Shown here: one piece after another, positions 50,031-60,900 of the stretch
Layout of the letters: the number at the start of each line of letters is the position of its first letter
Position numbering within the stretch: the first letter of the stretch is position 1
Origin: Prorocentrum cordatum
Taxonomy: Eukaryota
Reading direction: 5' to 3'
DNA: 64,000 nt
Assembly: GCA_963575745.1 (NCBI GenBank)
Contig: CAUYUJ010000115.1
Span: forward strand, 62,001 to 126,000
Position numbers and translations under genes: made by a program
The notes under the pieces: model-generated
What the model saw: the letters and a program-made list of their open reading frames with translations, nothing else
Told to the model about the DNA's origin: nothing
Databases searched by the model: none

Positions 50031-50515
50031 CCATCGACATCGTAAGCGTCATCGTCATCATCGTCATCATCATCGTCATCATCATCATCGTAAGCGTCAT
50101 CGTCATCATCGTCATCATCATCATCGTCATCATCATCATCATCATCATCGGCATTACTATCTACACCATCATCATCATCATCACCATCACCAGCATCGTC
50201 ACCATCGTCATCATCACCACCATCATCATCATCATCATCGTCATCATCATTATCGTCGTCGTCGTCATCGTCATCATCATCGTTATTGTCATCGTCGTCG
50301 CCATCGTCATCATCATCATCATCATCATTATCATCATCATCACCATCACCATCAGCATCTTCATCATCAGCATCATCATCATCCTCGTCGTCATCGTCAT
50401 CGCCATCGTCATCGCCATCGTCATCGTCATCGTCATCATCATCCACATCGTCGCCGTCATCGTCATTGTCGTCGTCTAGTTGTCGTCGTCTTCGTCGTCG
50501 TCGTCGTCGTCGTCG
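49735..50515. repeat. (CAT/CGT)n microsatellite
   Basis: Direct reading of the sequence. Confidence 0.95.
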
Positions 50516-52264
50516 CTCGCATCCCTAATTATCGGGATCGCCATTCAGTTCTGACTCGTGCGCTTGGGGGGCGCATCACTGAAAAAACGAACGGAAAACA
50601 ATTAGTTAGCTGGGATGGGCGAGCGAGAACGGAGGTGGAGACGGGAAAAAGGGGAAGCCAGGGTTCCTCCTAGAAATAAGCCAGCCCTTGGCAACAATGC
50701 GTGCAGGGGGCGAACATACCCACGGCCAGCACTATGTGGGAGAAAACGCAAGCCTTTGGGAGACACCTCACTGTCAGGAGCGAAGGAACACCCGGCAAAC
50801 CATGAGGGAACCAAGGTTCCTCCTAGAAACAAACCAGCCCTACGCGATACATCATGAACAAATCATATAGCAAACGCGAAACTGGGGAAAAAACGGTTGG
50901 TTACTCGGGATGGGCGAACAATGAAGGAGGAGAACAGGGGAAGGGGAGGGAAAGCGAAGGTTCCTCTTAGACACAAGCCAATTCTTGGCCAAATGTTGCC
51001 CGCAGGGGGCGAGCATACCCGGGAGCCGCCCTCTGGGAGAAAGCCATTGTTTTTTTTGGTGGGGGAGAAGCCACAATGCTGGAACGAGGGAACACAAGGA
51101 CCAGCATGAGAAAGCCAATGTACAGTCGACAAACAAGCCAACCCTGCGAGAAACTGCCGGAGCAAACCGGGGAAAAACGAGAACGGGAAAGGGTGGACGA
51201 GCCAGGGATGCGCGAACGCAGAGGGAGGAGAAGAGGGGAAGGAGGGGGCAACTTAGGGTTCCTCCTAAAAACAAGCCAGCCCTTGGCATATGTGCATCCA
51301 GGAGCGGGCAAATACGGGAGCCGCCCCATGAGGGAGACATTCAGAGCCTTTCGGGGAAATTCTAATGCGAGGAACGAGGGAGCAACATGAAAACGATGAG
51401 AAAAGCATTCCTCCCAGAAACAAAACAGCTCTATGCGGAACAGGATGAACAAACCCGCGGGCGGGGGGGGAAACACGCAAACAGGTGGCCAACAATTGAC
51501 AGCTGGGATGGGCGAGCGAGGGCGGAAGAGAAGATGGGAAAAGGGACAAGCCAGGGTTCCTCCTAGAAACAAGCCAGCCCTTGGCAAAAATGCAAGCAGG
51601 GGGGCGCATACCCAGGGCCAGCACAATGTGGGATAAAGCGCAAGCATTTGGGATATGCCTCACTGTCAGAAACGAGGGCACATCCGGCAAACCATGAGGG
51701 AGCCACGGTTCCTCTGTAGAAACAATCCAGGCCTACACGAAAGGACATGAACAAACGTACCCCAAAAGCGAACACAGAAAACAATGATGGTTAGCCGGGA
51801 TGGGCGAGCAATGAAGGAGGATAGGAGGGGAAGGGCAGGGGGGAGCCAGGGTTCCTCCTAGAAAGAAGCCAGCCAATGGCAAATTTTGCAAGCAGGGGGC
51901 GGACATCACCCGGGACACGCCCCATATGGGAGAGGGCCGAAGCCTTCGGGATAATCCCCAATGCTGGTAGGAGGGTGCGCAAAGAAGAGCATGAAACATC
52001 GAAGGTACCCTCTACAAGCCAACCAGCCCTGCGAGAAAGTGCACGAGCAAACCGGAAACAACGAAAACGGAACAAAAAAGGATCGGTGAACCAATGGTGC
52101 GCGAACGCAAGGGGAGGAGAAGAGGGGAAGGAGAGGGCAAGCCAGGGTTCCTCCTAGAAGCAAGCCAGCCCTTCGCAGACTTGCGTGCAGGAGCGCGCAT
52201 CTCCAGGAACCGCCCCAGGTGGTTGAGAAATAGAGAACCTTTGAGGGAAGCCCCAATGCGAGGA

Positions 52265-52421
52265 GGGAAAGAAACACACAGACACAATCAATTTTCTATT
52301 TCCTGGAAAATATGGGAAAATATGGGAAGTGGTGGGGAAGACAAAAACCCAGAAAATGTATGGAAATATGGAGAATATTTTTATTTGTGTGTATTTATTT
52401 GTGTGTCCCAGGGCCCCTTCA
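52265..52421. mobile_element. 157-bp AT-rich insertion with a 12-bp TSD (CCAATGCGAGGA); related copy at ~55445-55585
   Basis: TSD copies at 52253-52264 and 52422-52433. The paralogous site at ~48113 is empty. Confidence 0.85.
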
Positions 52422-54687
52422 CCAATGCGAGGAACGAGAGGGCAACAAGAAAATCATGAGAAGAACACGGTTCCACCTAGATCACCACCAGCCCTATGCG
52501 AAACAGCAAGAACAACCCCGAAACAACGTGAACGGAAAACAGTTCGTTATAGCTGGAATGGGCGAGCGAGGAAGGATGAGAAGACGGGCAAGGGGCAAGC
52601 CGAGGTTCCCTTTCGAAACAAGCCAGCCCTTGATAAAAATGCATGTAGGGTTCGAGCATGAGCCTGTTTTTTTTAGACTCTGGCAAGTTTACTTGCATGG
52701 ACGGGGGGGGGGGGCTGAGCCTGAAGCAAGCCCGGGGCCGCGGGGCCCGGAGCCCGAGGGCCCGGGGCCCGGGGCCCTGGAGCCCAGGAGCCCGGAACCC
52801 GGAATCCGGGGCCCGGGGCCCGGGGTCCGGGGCCCGGGGCCCGGGGCCAGGGGCCCGGGGCCCGGGGCCTGGGCCGGGGCCCAGGGGCGAGTTTTCCTCT
52901 ATAGTGGAAGGAGCAGGAGCAGGAGGAGGAGGAGGAGGAGGAGGAGGAGGAGGAGGAGGAGGAGGAGGAGGAGGAGGAGGAGGAGGGGAGGAGGAGGAGG
53001 AGGTGGGAGAGAAGGAGGAGAGGAGCAGGAGGAGGAGGAGGAGGAGGAAAAAGGAGGAGGAGGAGGAGAAGGAGGGGGAGGAATATCAGGAGGACAACGA
53101 GGGGGAAGTGGAGGAGGGAATTTGTTCTTGCAAGATTATCTGGTTCTCTGATTCTCTGGCTCGGGGGGGGGATGCAAAGGACGAGGAGGGAAGGGGAACG
53201 CAGGATGAAGAGGGCTCGAGAGGAGGAAGGAGGTGAAGTAGGTGAAGGAACACAAGGAGGGACACACCGAAGAGCGGGGAAGACAGGGAGGAGGAGGAGG
53301 AGGAGAAGGAGGAGGAAGAAGAGGAGGAAGAGGTGAAGGCACAGGGATCCCTTTCAGGGAGACGCCGACGAGGAAAATGAGAAGTATAAGATGATGGGAA
53401 AAAGGAGAACGGGAAGAGGAGAAAGGTAAGGGGACTGCAGTGGACCGGGGATGATGACGTCGATGACGCTGCTGATGATGACTATGATTATGCCGCCGAC
53501 GACGCCGACAAAGACCAACAACATGCTGATGGTGCGGACGATAATGCTACGCAAGTGCGATGACGATGATGGCGATGGTGATCACGATGTTGATGATAAC
53601 GGTGATATTGATGATTGTTGTGATGGTAAAGGTGACGATGACGATGAAGATGACGGGGATGAGGATGACAATGATGACGATGATCATGACCCTAGCTAGA
53701 ACTTGAGCGCGCGCGCGCAATGCTTCTAGTGTATATGTAAAGACAGAGAGATCTACTGAAAGGGAGGGAGAGGGGAAGAGAGGAACATGTAATGAAATGA
53801 ATCAAGAGAGAGGCGACAACGAGTTTGAACGACCAGAGTAAGCTGTAAACCAATGGCGCCAATGATGCCGGAACCCATGTGCCCCGTCCAAGCCGCCTTC
53901 CCGAAGCTACAATTTCTTGTTCACCGAGCACCCGCTGGAAAGGCGAAGTCCCCATGGACCTGCAAGGTTAAACCCCGATGTGCCCCCAAATGCACAACAA
54001 GTTAGTTTGTGGTCCTGCCGCAGTACGCTTCAAGTTGCAATGAGTTCGAGCGGAGTTCGCCATCCACCCATTTCTCTGGCGAGTGGTATGGGAGGAGTGT
54101 TGGCCGCTCCTGTGCGACGTCGCTGTTTTGAACAGGATTCTCGTTCCATCCGTGTAGCGACCTGCTTGAAGCTCAAGTCTTCTGAACACAAGCGAGAGCG
54201 TTGAACGGAAGTGGATCTGTGATCACGTGGAACACATGTTTTAGAAGGTTTCTCGACCCTCTGCCACACGGTCTCGGCGCTGGCCCAGGTGGCGACCGCA
54301 CCCCGGGCCCCGGGCTCTCCCTAAAGCACCTCCCCCTGTGGACGCGTTCGCCGACAAGCACACAGCCAGCATTCAACGCTCGGTCTGGTCGGCGCCAGTA
54401 TGCTTGTGTTTTCATACTTCCTCGCCTCCTCAGTAAATACTCCCCATCCTCCTGCCCATTGTCCACCTCGTTTTTCCGATCCTCGTCGCTCAAGCTCATG
54501 CCCCTTCGGCTCCTCACCATGATCCGCCCCCCTCATCCTCGTCATTCTCTTTTTCCCGTCCTCATGACCATCCTTCCCCTCCTTTGGCTTTCCTCCCCCT
54601 TTTCTGGCGCCACCTTTTCCCCCCTCCGCGCGTCCTCCCCGCTCCGCCCTCCTCTTCGTCCGCATCCTCGCCCTTCTGACCTTCGCA

Positions 54688-54709
54688 CGCGCAGCCGTTG
54701 TGGCTCAAG
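54688..54709 (+). other. Relic dinoflagellate spliced leader upstream of RPLP1
   Basis: CGCGCAGCCGTTGTGGCTCAAG vs DCCGTAGCCATTTTGGCTCAAG (17/22), 61 nt before the ATG. Confidence 0.75.
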
Positions 54710-54770
54710 CCGGTCGAGGCTCACGGTCTCAGAGGCCTCGGCGCGAGGTAAAAGCGCACCGCGGTCCGCC

Positions 54771-55130
54771 ATGGCGGAGGTGGCGGCGGACGAGGTGCCC
54801 CAGGCCGAGAAGGACGAGCTGTTCTGCGCGTACGCGGCGATGATCCTCAAGGACTCCGAGCTGGAGGTCTCGGAGGAGAACCTCACGACCCTCATCAAGG
54901 CCGCCGGCGGCTCCATCGAGTCCTTCTTCCCCGCTCTGTTCGCCAAGATGTGCGCGGGCAAGGACCTGGAAGACTTCCTGAAGTTCGGCGGCGGCGGGGG
55001 GGCTCCGGCTGCCGGCGGAGGCGGCGGCGGCGGCGGGGGTGGCGATGGGCCGGCGGCCGAGAAGAAGGAGGAGAAGAAGGTCGAGGAGGAGGAAGAGGAG
55101 GAGGACGTGGACTTCGACCTCTTCGGCTGA
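54771..55130 (+). CDS. RPLP1: 60S acidic ribosomal protein P1 (119 aa, intronless)
   Basis: ELFCAYAAMILKDSELEVSEENLTTLIKAAG..IESFFPALFAK, a Gly/Ala hinge, and the C-terminus EKKEEKKVEEEEEEEDVDFDLFG. Confidence 0.95.
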   Translation: MAEVAADEVPQAEKDELFCAYAAMILKDSELEVSEENLTTLIKAAGGSIESFFPALFAKMCAGKDLEDFLKFGGGGGAPAAGGGGGGGGGGDGPAAEKKEEKKVEEEEEEEDVDFDLFG

Positions 55131-55596
55131 GGGCGCGCCGCGTGCCCCAGGGGCTCCAGGGCCTGAACGTGCGCGCGGGCCCACCTCCCCTCTCCCCGCC
55201 ATTCCCCCTCCTTTGCCTCTGCCGTCCCTCGCTCCTCTCTCCGGTGTCCCTTCCTGCCTTCCTGCGCCCTGCTCTGCCGCTCCCCCCCTCCGTTCCGACG
55301 GCTCCCTCCTACCTCTCTTCCGCCCTGCCTCTCCCGCCCCCGCCCCTCCCCACCCCTCCTCCCCATGTTGCCTCCCCTTCTAAATTCCCGCAGGGGTCTC
55401 GCCTGCCCTCCCTCTCTCCCAGCCGCCTCCTGTGTCTCAGGAGGGGGAAAACACACACAGACACAAGTAATCGTCGAGTCCCAGAAAATATAGGAAAATA
55501 TGGGAAGTGGGGGGAAAAACCCAGAAACTATATGAAAATATAAGGAATACGGCCATTTGTGTGTATTTATTTGTGTGTCCCAGCATCCTTCCTCCC

Positions 55597-55618
55597 TGCG
55601 TAGCCACTTTGGCTCAAT
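55597..55618 (+). other. Relic dinoflagellate spliced leader upstream of the PPR locus
   Basis: TGCGTAGCCACTTTGGCTCAAT vs DCCGTAGCCATTTTGGCTCAAG (19/22). Confidence 0.85.
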
Positions 55619-55665
55619 GGGGGCCCGCCCACTCAAGAAGGCCCAGGCTGGCTCAGATCTCCCGG

Positions 55666-55916
55666 ATGCTGGACACCGGTCGAGGGTCTCGAGAAGGCGC
55701 CATTTCCCTCGAAGCGTCGATCAAGAACTGCGGTCGGACCAGACAGTGGAGCGCAGCACTGCGGTTGCTCCGCGAAGGAATTCGATTAGGTGCGCAAGTC
55801 GTCCCCAGCCACTACGCTGCGACTGTCAGCGCATGCAGAACAGGCGGCCAATGGCGACACGCGCTGTCACTACTGAGCGAGATGATGGAAGTGAAGCTGG
55901 AGCCCGACGTCATCTC
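55666..55916 (+). CDS. Pentatricopeptide-repeat protein, first exon (two PPR motifs)
   Basis: SLEASIKNCGRTRQWSAALRLLREG...PSHYAATVSACRTGGQWRHALSLLSEMMEVKLEPDVI. Confidence 0.85.
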
Positions 55917-57824
55917 TACTACATTGCAGGCACCCGCGCGTGCGAAAGGGCAGGGGGGCTCAATACCTTGTTCTGGGGCCTCGGCGGCGCTTGCGAGGCC
56001 CAGCAGGCCGCGGCGCGCCAACGAGCGCTCCGAGACGCCCCTGGAGGCCCCCAAGGCGGCCCCAAGTCGTCCCAAGACGGTCCCAGAGAGCCTCCGAGAC
56101 GGTCCACCAGCGCTGCAAGACGCCAAAAATTAGTTCCAGACGACCCAAGAGGCCTCCAAAACGTTCCGAGCGGGCTCCAAGAAAGGCCCCGAAAGAGCCC
56201 GAACAAAGAAAAATCGTCCCAATCCGTTGGGAAAACACTCATTTTTGCAATTCCCGTGCTTTTCGTCTTCGGAGCCTCCAATGCGGCCATACGGGCCCCA
56301 AAGATCGCCCCCAAACGCTTCAGGAGAGCCCCATGAGGGCCCCATGAGAGCCCCAGGATGGCTCCTGACGCGCCAGTGACGGCCCAGGAGGCACCGAAGG
56401 CAGCCCAAAGAGCTGCCAAAGACCGCCCAAGATGGCCCCAAGACGGTCCCAAGACGGACCCAGAGGCGCCCGAGATGGCCCAAGACGGCCCCAAGACGGT
56501 CTCAGGTCCCAGGGGCACCCAAGACGGCCCAAGATGGCCCCAAGAGGCCCCAAGAAGGCTGCAAGACAGCCCAAGAGGGCCCCTGGAGGCCCCCAGGAGG
56601 CCCAAAAGAAGTCCCAGGAGACCCCCAAACTGTTCCCAGGGAACACGAAGCGCCCGCCGTCAGGCTTCAAAGAGGCAACTGAGAAAAAGCCACCATTGCC
56701 CGCATACAGAGCGCTGCCCTTGTCCGCGGGTTCGGGCGCGAGCGCGCGAAGGTAATCGCGTGTCGCACGGCGCCTCGCCGCGAGGTAGTTGGGTGGCCCT
56801 GGATTCCGAGGGCGTGCTCCCGCGAGGCCGCACGAAGTCAGGGTGCCTGGCCGGACTGCGCCCAGGCTCGGAGCGGACGAACTCAGCGGAGGCCGAATTG
56901 AGACACCGACGGTTCGCCTGCGGGGCGCTCCCTTGTGGCCACGGTTGGAAGTAACGAAGAAAATTTGTACGTTTGGGCCCAGGGAGGGATCCGAGGGCGG
57001 ATTTGGGCACGATCTTGACTTGTCCGTGTTTCAACCCGACCTGCTCCGAGACACAGTCCCCGGCCCCCAGCCTCAAACCTCCCGGGGAAGGAAAGAACAG
57101 ATTTTGGCTGGCCCTCGATTTTCTTCTGCTGCTCTCCTTCCCTTCGCCCCGGCAAGCCATGCAGGCCGGCAGGGAGGCCCACCAGTTTGGCCAGGCGCCA
57201 GCGGCGCGCCAGGCGCCGCGGTCCTCGTCGTCGTCGTCGTCGTCGACGTCGACGACAACGACGTCCTCGTCGACGGCGTTGTTTGCACCCTGTCGATGTT
57301 GAGTGATCGGCGCTCTCGGAAAGCAGCGTCCGGTCAAAGTTCCACGATCCACGTGGTGTCAGAAACCAACGCCGACGTAATCTCGACACGAGCCTGCTCA
57401 GAACGTGGGCCTATGGATGTTTCCACAATTCCCCTCGGGCGGCTTTTGCGGCCTCCGTTGTTTTTTACGGTCCCGCCGGGGCACGGGTTTCAGAGGCCTA
57501 GACCGCTGGCAAGCTGCCCGCTGCAATTCTTCAAGCGCGAAGAAGCTCTTTCGAAGTCACCCCTGCATGGGTCCCATCAGGGCCTTCAAAAATTGTCCAT
57601 GGAGTCCGGGGGGGGTGCCTACCCAACTGTGTCAAAGACCGCCCCTTCTTGTTAGCTTTTTCGAAGGTGCTGGAGCGCTGCAATAGCTCGGACACGAAGG
57701 CGTTCTCGCTACCGCCGCCACGACCGCCGTCGCGCTTATAGGTTTTCTGCAAAATCTCCGCCATGCCTCCACGAACCGTTCCAGAAAGATGTCGTGGACG
57801 GAGTCCACGGGTCAGCCCTGTCAG

Positions 57825-57929
57825 CTACACTGCTGGGATCAGCGCGTGCGAGAAGGGCGAGCAGTGGCAGCGGGCGCTTGCGCTGTTGAGCGAGATGTGG
57901 GAAATAAAGCTGGAACCCGACGCCATCTA
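57825..57929 (+). CDS. PPR exon of exactly 105 nt (one 35-aa repeat)
   Basis: Preceded by TCAG; translation YTAGISACEKGEQWQRALALLSEMWEIKLEPDAI. Confidence 0.85.
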
Positions 57930-60900
57930 TACTACAATGCCGGTCGCAGCGCGTGCGTGGTGACCGGCAGTGGCTCGGGGCCGCTCCCAGCGCTCCCGGG
58001 GCCCTGGTCCGTCGCCGGCGTTCCCGGAACCGTTGCGGCGGTCCCGCAAGGGCCCTGGGCCGCCCATGACGTGTTCACGAGAGCTCCGAGCGAGCCCCAA
58101 ACCGGCCCCCCCAGGGTTCCTTAAGGAGCCGAGTGGCCCCGGAGGCACTCCAGACGACTCCGAGGACGCCCCCAGGAGCCAACAAAACATTGATTTGCCG
58201 TTGGTTTTTGAAGGTTTTTTTGGTACGGGCTTTTACGAGTACGAATAGCTGAAGAGACCCTGGAGGCCCCCACGACGCTCCCACGAGGGCCCCCACGAGA
58301 GCCCCAGACGCCCCCAAGACGGCCCTAGAGGGCCCCAAGGCGGCCCAAGAGGGCCCCAAGAGGCCCCCCAGGAGAGCCCCAAGAGAGCCCCAAGAGGACC
58401 ACAATAATGCCCAAGAGGCTCCCCAGGCAGCCCCAGACGGCCCGTGATCCCCAAGACAGACTTCACGGAGACAAAAAGGGCACGAAGAATGGGCCCAAAG
58501 GGCCCCACGAGGACCCCTGACGGGGCCTCGGTGGCCGAAGCGTCGCGCCTCCTGGGAGCCTCGGCGCGGCCGCGCGGTCGCGCTTTCCTGGCCGCGCGGT
58601 CGCGCGTGCGAGTAGCAGAAGCAGTGGCAGCGCCCGGGGCCGCCCAGAGAGCCCGCGGGCCGGAGAGCCTCTGGGGCGCTCCTCGACGGCGCCCCAGGAG
58701 GCCCCTGGAGCGCTCGCCAACGGCTCTAGGACCCCAAGACGGCCTCACAGACGCCCAAGAGGGCCGACGCCGACCTGACCAGAGCCCCATGACGGCACAA
58801 AATGCCTCAGAGACGGCCCCCGAGGACCGCGTGGACGGTGCCAAGAGCCAATATTTGTGCGTTTTCCAAAGATTTCGAGGGTTTTCCTGTTCCCGCCACT
58901 TCGGGCCTACAACGGCCCAGGATGGCCCCGCGGGCTTCCCAGATTGCCCCTGCACGGTTTCAAGAGGGCCCCAGCAGGGCCTGCAGACGTCCCAAGAAGG
59001 CCCGTAGACGGCCCACGAGGGCTCCAAGACGGCCCAGGAGAACTTCAAGTGACCCCCAAGTCAGCCCCAACCGGGCTCCAGATCCCGCCCGAGCGGGCCC
59101 AAAGCGACCTCCGAGACGGCCCGACCCCCAAGATGACCCCAAGATGCCCCAAGAAGAACCCCAGATGCCGCCCAAGAGGGCCGAAAGCGACCTCCGAGAC
59201 GGCCCGAGACCCCCAAGATGGCCCGAAGACCTCCTTGCGCGGCCCCCAACCGAGGCCCGCAAACGTGCTCCCCTCACTCTGACTGTGCCTGAAAAACCAT
59301 GTGTTTTTGCTAATCGCCCCCAGGCCCGGCGCGATTAGCAAAAACCCATCCCTTTTCACGCAGGTCAGTGCCCCTGGAGCTCCCCCGACTGCATTCCGGG
59401 GTGGCCCCCAGACGTGGCCCCGTAAACGTCGGCCCCACATGTTGCCCCCAAACGGGACCCCAAAGGCGGCCCCGACATAAAGCCTCCGAAGGTCGCGCCC
59501 CTACCGCCCCAATAAGCGTGGCCCCCGAACGACGCCCTCACGAGTAGCCCCCATGCGCCCCCAAACCTGGCCCCCACACATAGCCCCCAACCATTGCCCT
59601 CAAACGTGACCACACATCTGCCTCCGAAGGACGCCCCTACCGCCCGCCCCAGGGACGCCCGAGCTGTTCAACTTCGACGAGCTGGTCGCCTATGGCGTGC
59701 GAGTCCAAGGCTCAGCGCGCCGTGGATTTCATCCACGGGTTTAAGCTAGTCTCTTCCCTATGGCAGACGGAAGCGCGTGCGAAATGGGCAAGCACTGCCC
59801 CCCCCCCCCCCCCTGGAGGGCCATTTTTCGACACCACTCACGAGGATCTTCGCCCTCGAGCGTCACAAATCGAGCCTTCCGCCCAAAGACGCGCCGCAGT
59901 GGCCATAAGAGGCTCCAAGGAGCGTCCAAGAAGCCCCCTAGAGGCCCCCAACAAGGCCCAAGAGGCCTCCAAGAGCCTCCAACAGTCCTCCGAAGCATGC
60001 CCCTAGAGGCCACAAATCTTTAATTGTTCAATGGTTTTTGAAGGAGTGTTGCCTTGTCCCCTTCTCGGCTTGCCGACGCTCCAAGACGGCCGAAGAGACC
60101 CACAAGACCGCCCCGGGACGGCCCAACAGGCCTCCAAGCGCGTCCCCAGACGGCTCAGGGAGGCCCAAGATGGCCCAAGAGGTGCCCAAGACGGCCCCAG
60201 AGGACCCCAAGCCAGGCCCAAGAAGGGGCCACAGAACGGGGAAAAACCCTGACACTCCGAGCCCTGGGCCCCCATAGGCCCACACAAGGCCCCAAGACTC
60301 TTCAAGACCCCTTCAAAGGGAACGCCAAGAGGTCCCCAGAGGCCCCCAAGAAGCCAAAAGCAAGCTCCACGAGGCCCCAAGACGGCCCCCAAGAGGCTTT
60401 AAAGCTGCCTCCCAGAGGGACCCCAGACGCCTCTGAGCCATTACCCAGGCACAGGCACGGTGGCGGATTTCGCCGAAGGCCATGATGCGTGCCAGAAGGT
60501 CCTCTGTCTTGAAATGTCCGCCGGGCTCTCCAGGCCGCCCTGCGAGCCCCTCGGCCGCTCCGAGACAGCTCAGAAACGCCCACGAGGGCGCCCAGACAGA
60601 CCAAGAGGGACCCAACCGAGCCCCAGGTCGGCCCCAGAGGCCTCCAAGGCAGGCCAGGAGGCTCCGAAGGCGGCCCAGGAGGTCCCCCAGGAGGGACCCA
60701 AGAGGCAAAAGTTGCCTTTTCCTTTTGGAAAACGTACATTTTTGATATGCACGGCAACCAAGACAGCCCCAAGAGCGGTCAATAACGGCCCAAGACGGCC
60801 CCAAGACGGTCCGAGCTGCGCCCAAGACGGCCCCACACGGCCCCAAGACGGCCCAAGAGGCATTTAAGACGGCCCAAGAGGGACCCAAGGGATTCTTGGG

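Larger units (their letters stand above)
46490..52660. repeat. Satellite-like array (core GCCAGGGTTCCTCCTAGAAACAAGCCAGCCCT every ~140-160 bp) present as a ~1.9-kb direct duplication: 46490-48350 and 50636-52660
   Basis: The two blocks align colinearly and both end at GCATGTAGGGTTCGAGCATG. The first array continues to ~48760. Confidence 0.88.

Noticed and set aside
46490..52660. CRISPR-like appearance (32-bp core with intervening sequence)
   Set aside because: The spacers are over 100 bp and homologous to each other, the cores are degenerate, there are no cas genes, and the context is eukaryotic.
54542..55636. 364-aa minus ORF containing EPKWLR
   Set aside because: EPKWLR is the antisense translation of the spliced-leader relic, and the rest is antisense to RPLP1.
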